60,000 nucleotides of DNA from Malacoraja senta (taxonomy: Eukaryota): NCBI GenBank assembly GCA_038087875.1, contig CM075988.1:25918001-25978000 (forward strand), in the 5' to 3' direction. Below, one piece after another: positions 58,536-60,000 of the stretch. Numbering within the stretch: the first letter of the stretch is position 1; each line of letters begins with the position of its first letter. The position numbers and the translations under genes are program-made. Below the pieces are notes generated by a model. The model ran no database searches, was not told the DNA's origin, and worked only from the letters and a program-made list of their open reading frames with translations.

Positions 58536-59578
58536 TAGCAATGTTACAAAATATTGAGATTTTAAAAATAAAGTCTGCAATTTATCCCATCAGATAAAGC
58601 ATAAAAAGAAGTTTAATTTGACACCTAATTCACTTTCATATCTTCAGTATTAAAAAAGTTATGGCCATTTTCATACTCGGAAATTAGCATATTGTTCCCT
58701 ATTGCTTTTCCATTGACTTAACACAAAAGCTGTGATCGAGGACAGGCAAAAGCCCATAACTTTCTTAAAAATTAAGAGACCTGAAAGAAATTTTCAGTTA
58801 TTATAGATTGAAGCATTCTGAAACAAATATGAAACAATCTTACTTAGATGACATGAAATTAAAGCATATAATTAGTTAGTTACCTAATTGTAGCTAATTA
58901 CAAAATTCAATTACTAGATCTAAACATCTATCAATTTCTTAAGAATAGATTAACATTTTTAAATAGCCTAAGTGTCCAAATAACATTCACACAAGAATTC
59001 ACAATATAACATAATTTTTAAATCTCATTGTCATGAATTTACAGGCCAAATGGAAGGAATTGAATGTTTAATACCTGTAAATTAATGGGCATTTAAATCA
59101 TCTTGTGAGTGAGGATTTCTGGAACGCGATCTTTTGGAACGTTCATTTGCGGTGAATTTAACCCCGTATTGGCATGAAATATTCTGCCGTTAATTCGGGG
59201 AATAAAATCACCGTTTCGCATGAAAAAATGTGAATTAAAGGCTTCTTAAGAAGCACTTTTATACATTAAAATAAACCACTTTCGTTTACCTGTCCCGTGT
59301 GTGAAATCCGTCCCCGTTATCGGCGTTGACGGCTTTAGGAGCTGCTTTCAAAATGACTCCAGGGCTGACAATGACGATTTAATAAAAATAAAAAATTCAC
59401 AAAACGCCCCTAGGAACGATTTTTCAGCAAACGCTTGTACTCCAACTAAATATAATTCAGGACAAGGTAGGAGAAACCCGCGTTTTAAGCCCGCCCCCCC
59501 CCTTAAAGGCGCCAAAATCGCGCACACGGCCAGTGACAGAATTACAGCGCCATTGAAGGTACGTTTTGTAACATCCTA
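58536..59578. mobile_element. Non-autonomous DNA transposon (hAT-like), about 1.04 kb
   Basis: Imperfect TIRs TAGCAATGTTACAAAA / TTTTGTAACATCCTA; flanking direct repeat CTCAAAC (58529-58535, 59579-59585); no transposase ORF. Confidence 0.75.
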
Positions 59579-60000
59579 CTCAAACCTAACCTGTTGGGAG
59601 GAGAAAAGCTATACAGTAGCTTACACGAAGAGCCAGTAAAGGAGTTCTGCATTTTAAAAGGTATTATGGGATTTTACTTGGAGAAAGTGTGCTTAGTTAC
59701 AACTTATTACTCTTCAGTTATATGTCAGCAGCAGATGCATAGTGGACCAGATCTCCTAATAGCTGATTGTAATGAACCGGACAGGAAACATAATTTACAA
59801 TGCACTTGGATGACGTTCCAAGAACTCCTAATGCTCTTGGTCTTAGAGGGAGTGTCGATGCTGTTGTGAATCTGCCTCATCATTTTATAAAATAACTCTC
59901 CTTCCTCTACATAGAGATAAGTGCAGGCAACATGGCTATCAAGGAAGTCACCTGATTTATGACTAAGTTCATTAAATTTTGCATATCAAATTGAATAATC

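Noticed and set aside
46616..60000. KMT2A exon 2 or other exons
   Set aside because: No segment resembling DEQFLGFGSDEE with splice sites was seen; treated as intron 1

Overview
Vertebrate genomic DNA, most likely a cartilaginous fish (skate/ray-like, judged from HE1-type SINEs and CR1, L2, Rex1 and Penelope repeats; species not determinable from the sequence). Three + strand genes lie in the order known from human 11q23. (1) UBE4A: 18 coding exons, 333..25395; the first coding exon is upstream of the window. (2) ATP5MG: exons 1-2 at 33042..38184; exon 3 was not found and probably lies in the 200-N gap at 40084..40283. (3) KMT2A/MLL1: an unusually compact exon 1 at 46433..46615, followed by intron 1 to the end of the window. 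The rest is repeat-rich. The most interesting signal is a 5'-truncated Penelope-like retroelement (35219..36648) whose 3' end carries a minimal hammerhead-ribozyme-like core. About 25 short (100-270 bp) derivatives of that end are scattered across the window, several with their own 10-14 bp target-site duplications and many arranged as palindromes. Two minisatellites flank the ATP5MG start, and an unexplained promoter-like CpG segment lies about 2 kb upstream of it. All homology calls are from recall of the families; no searches were run.
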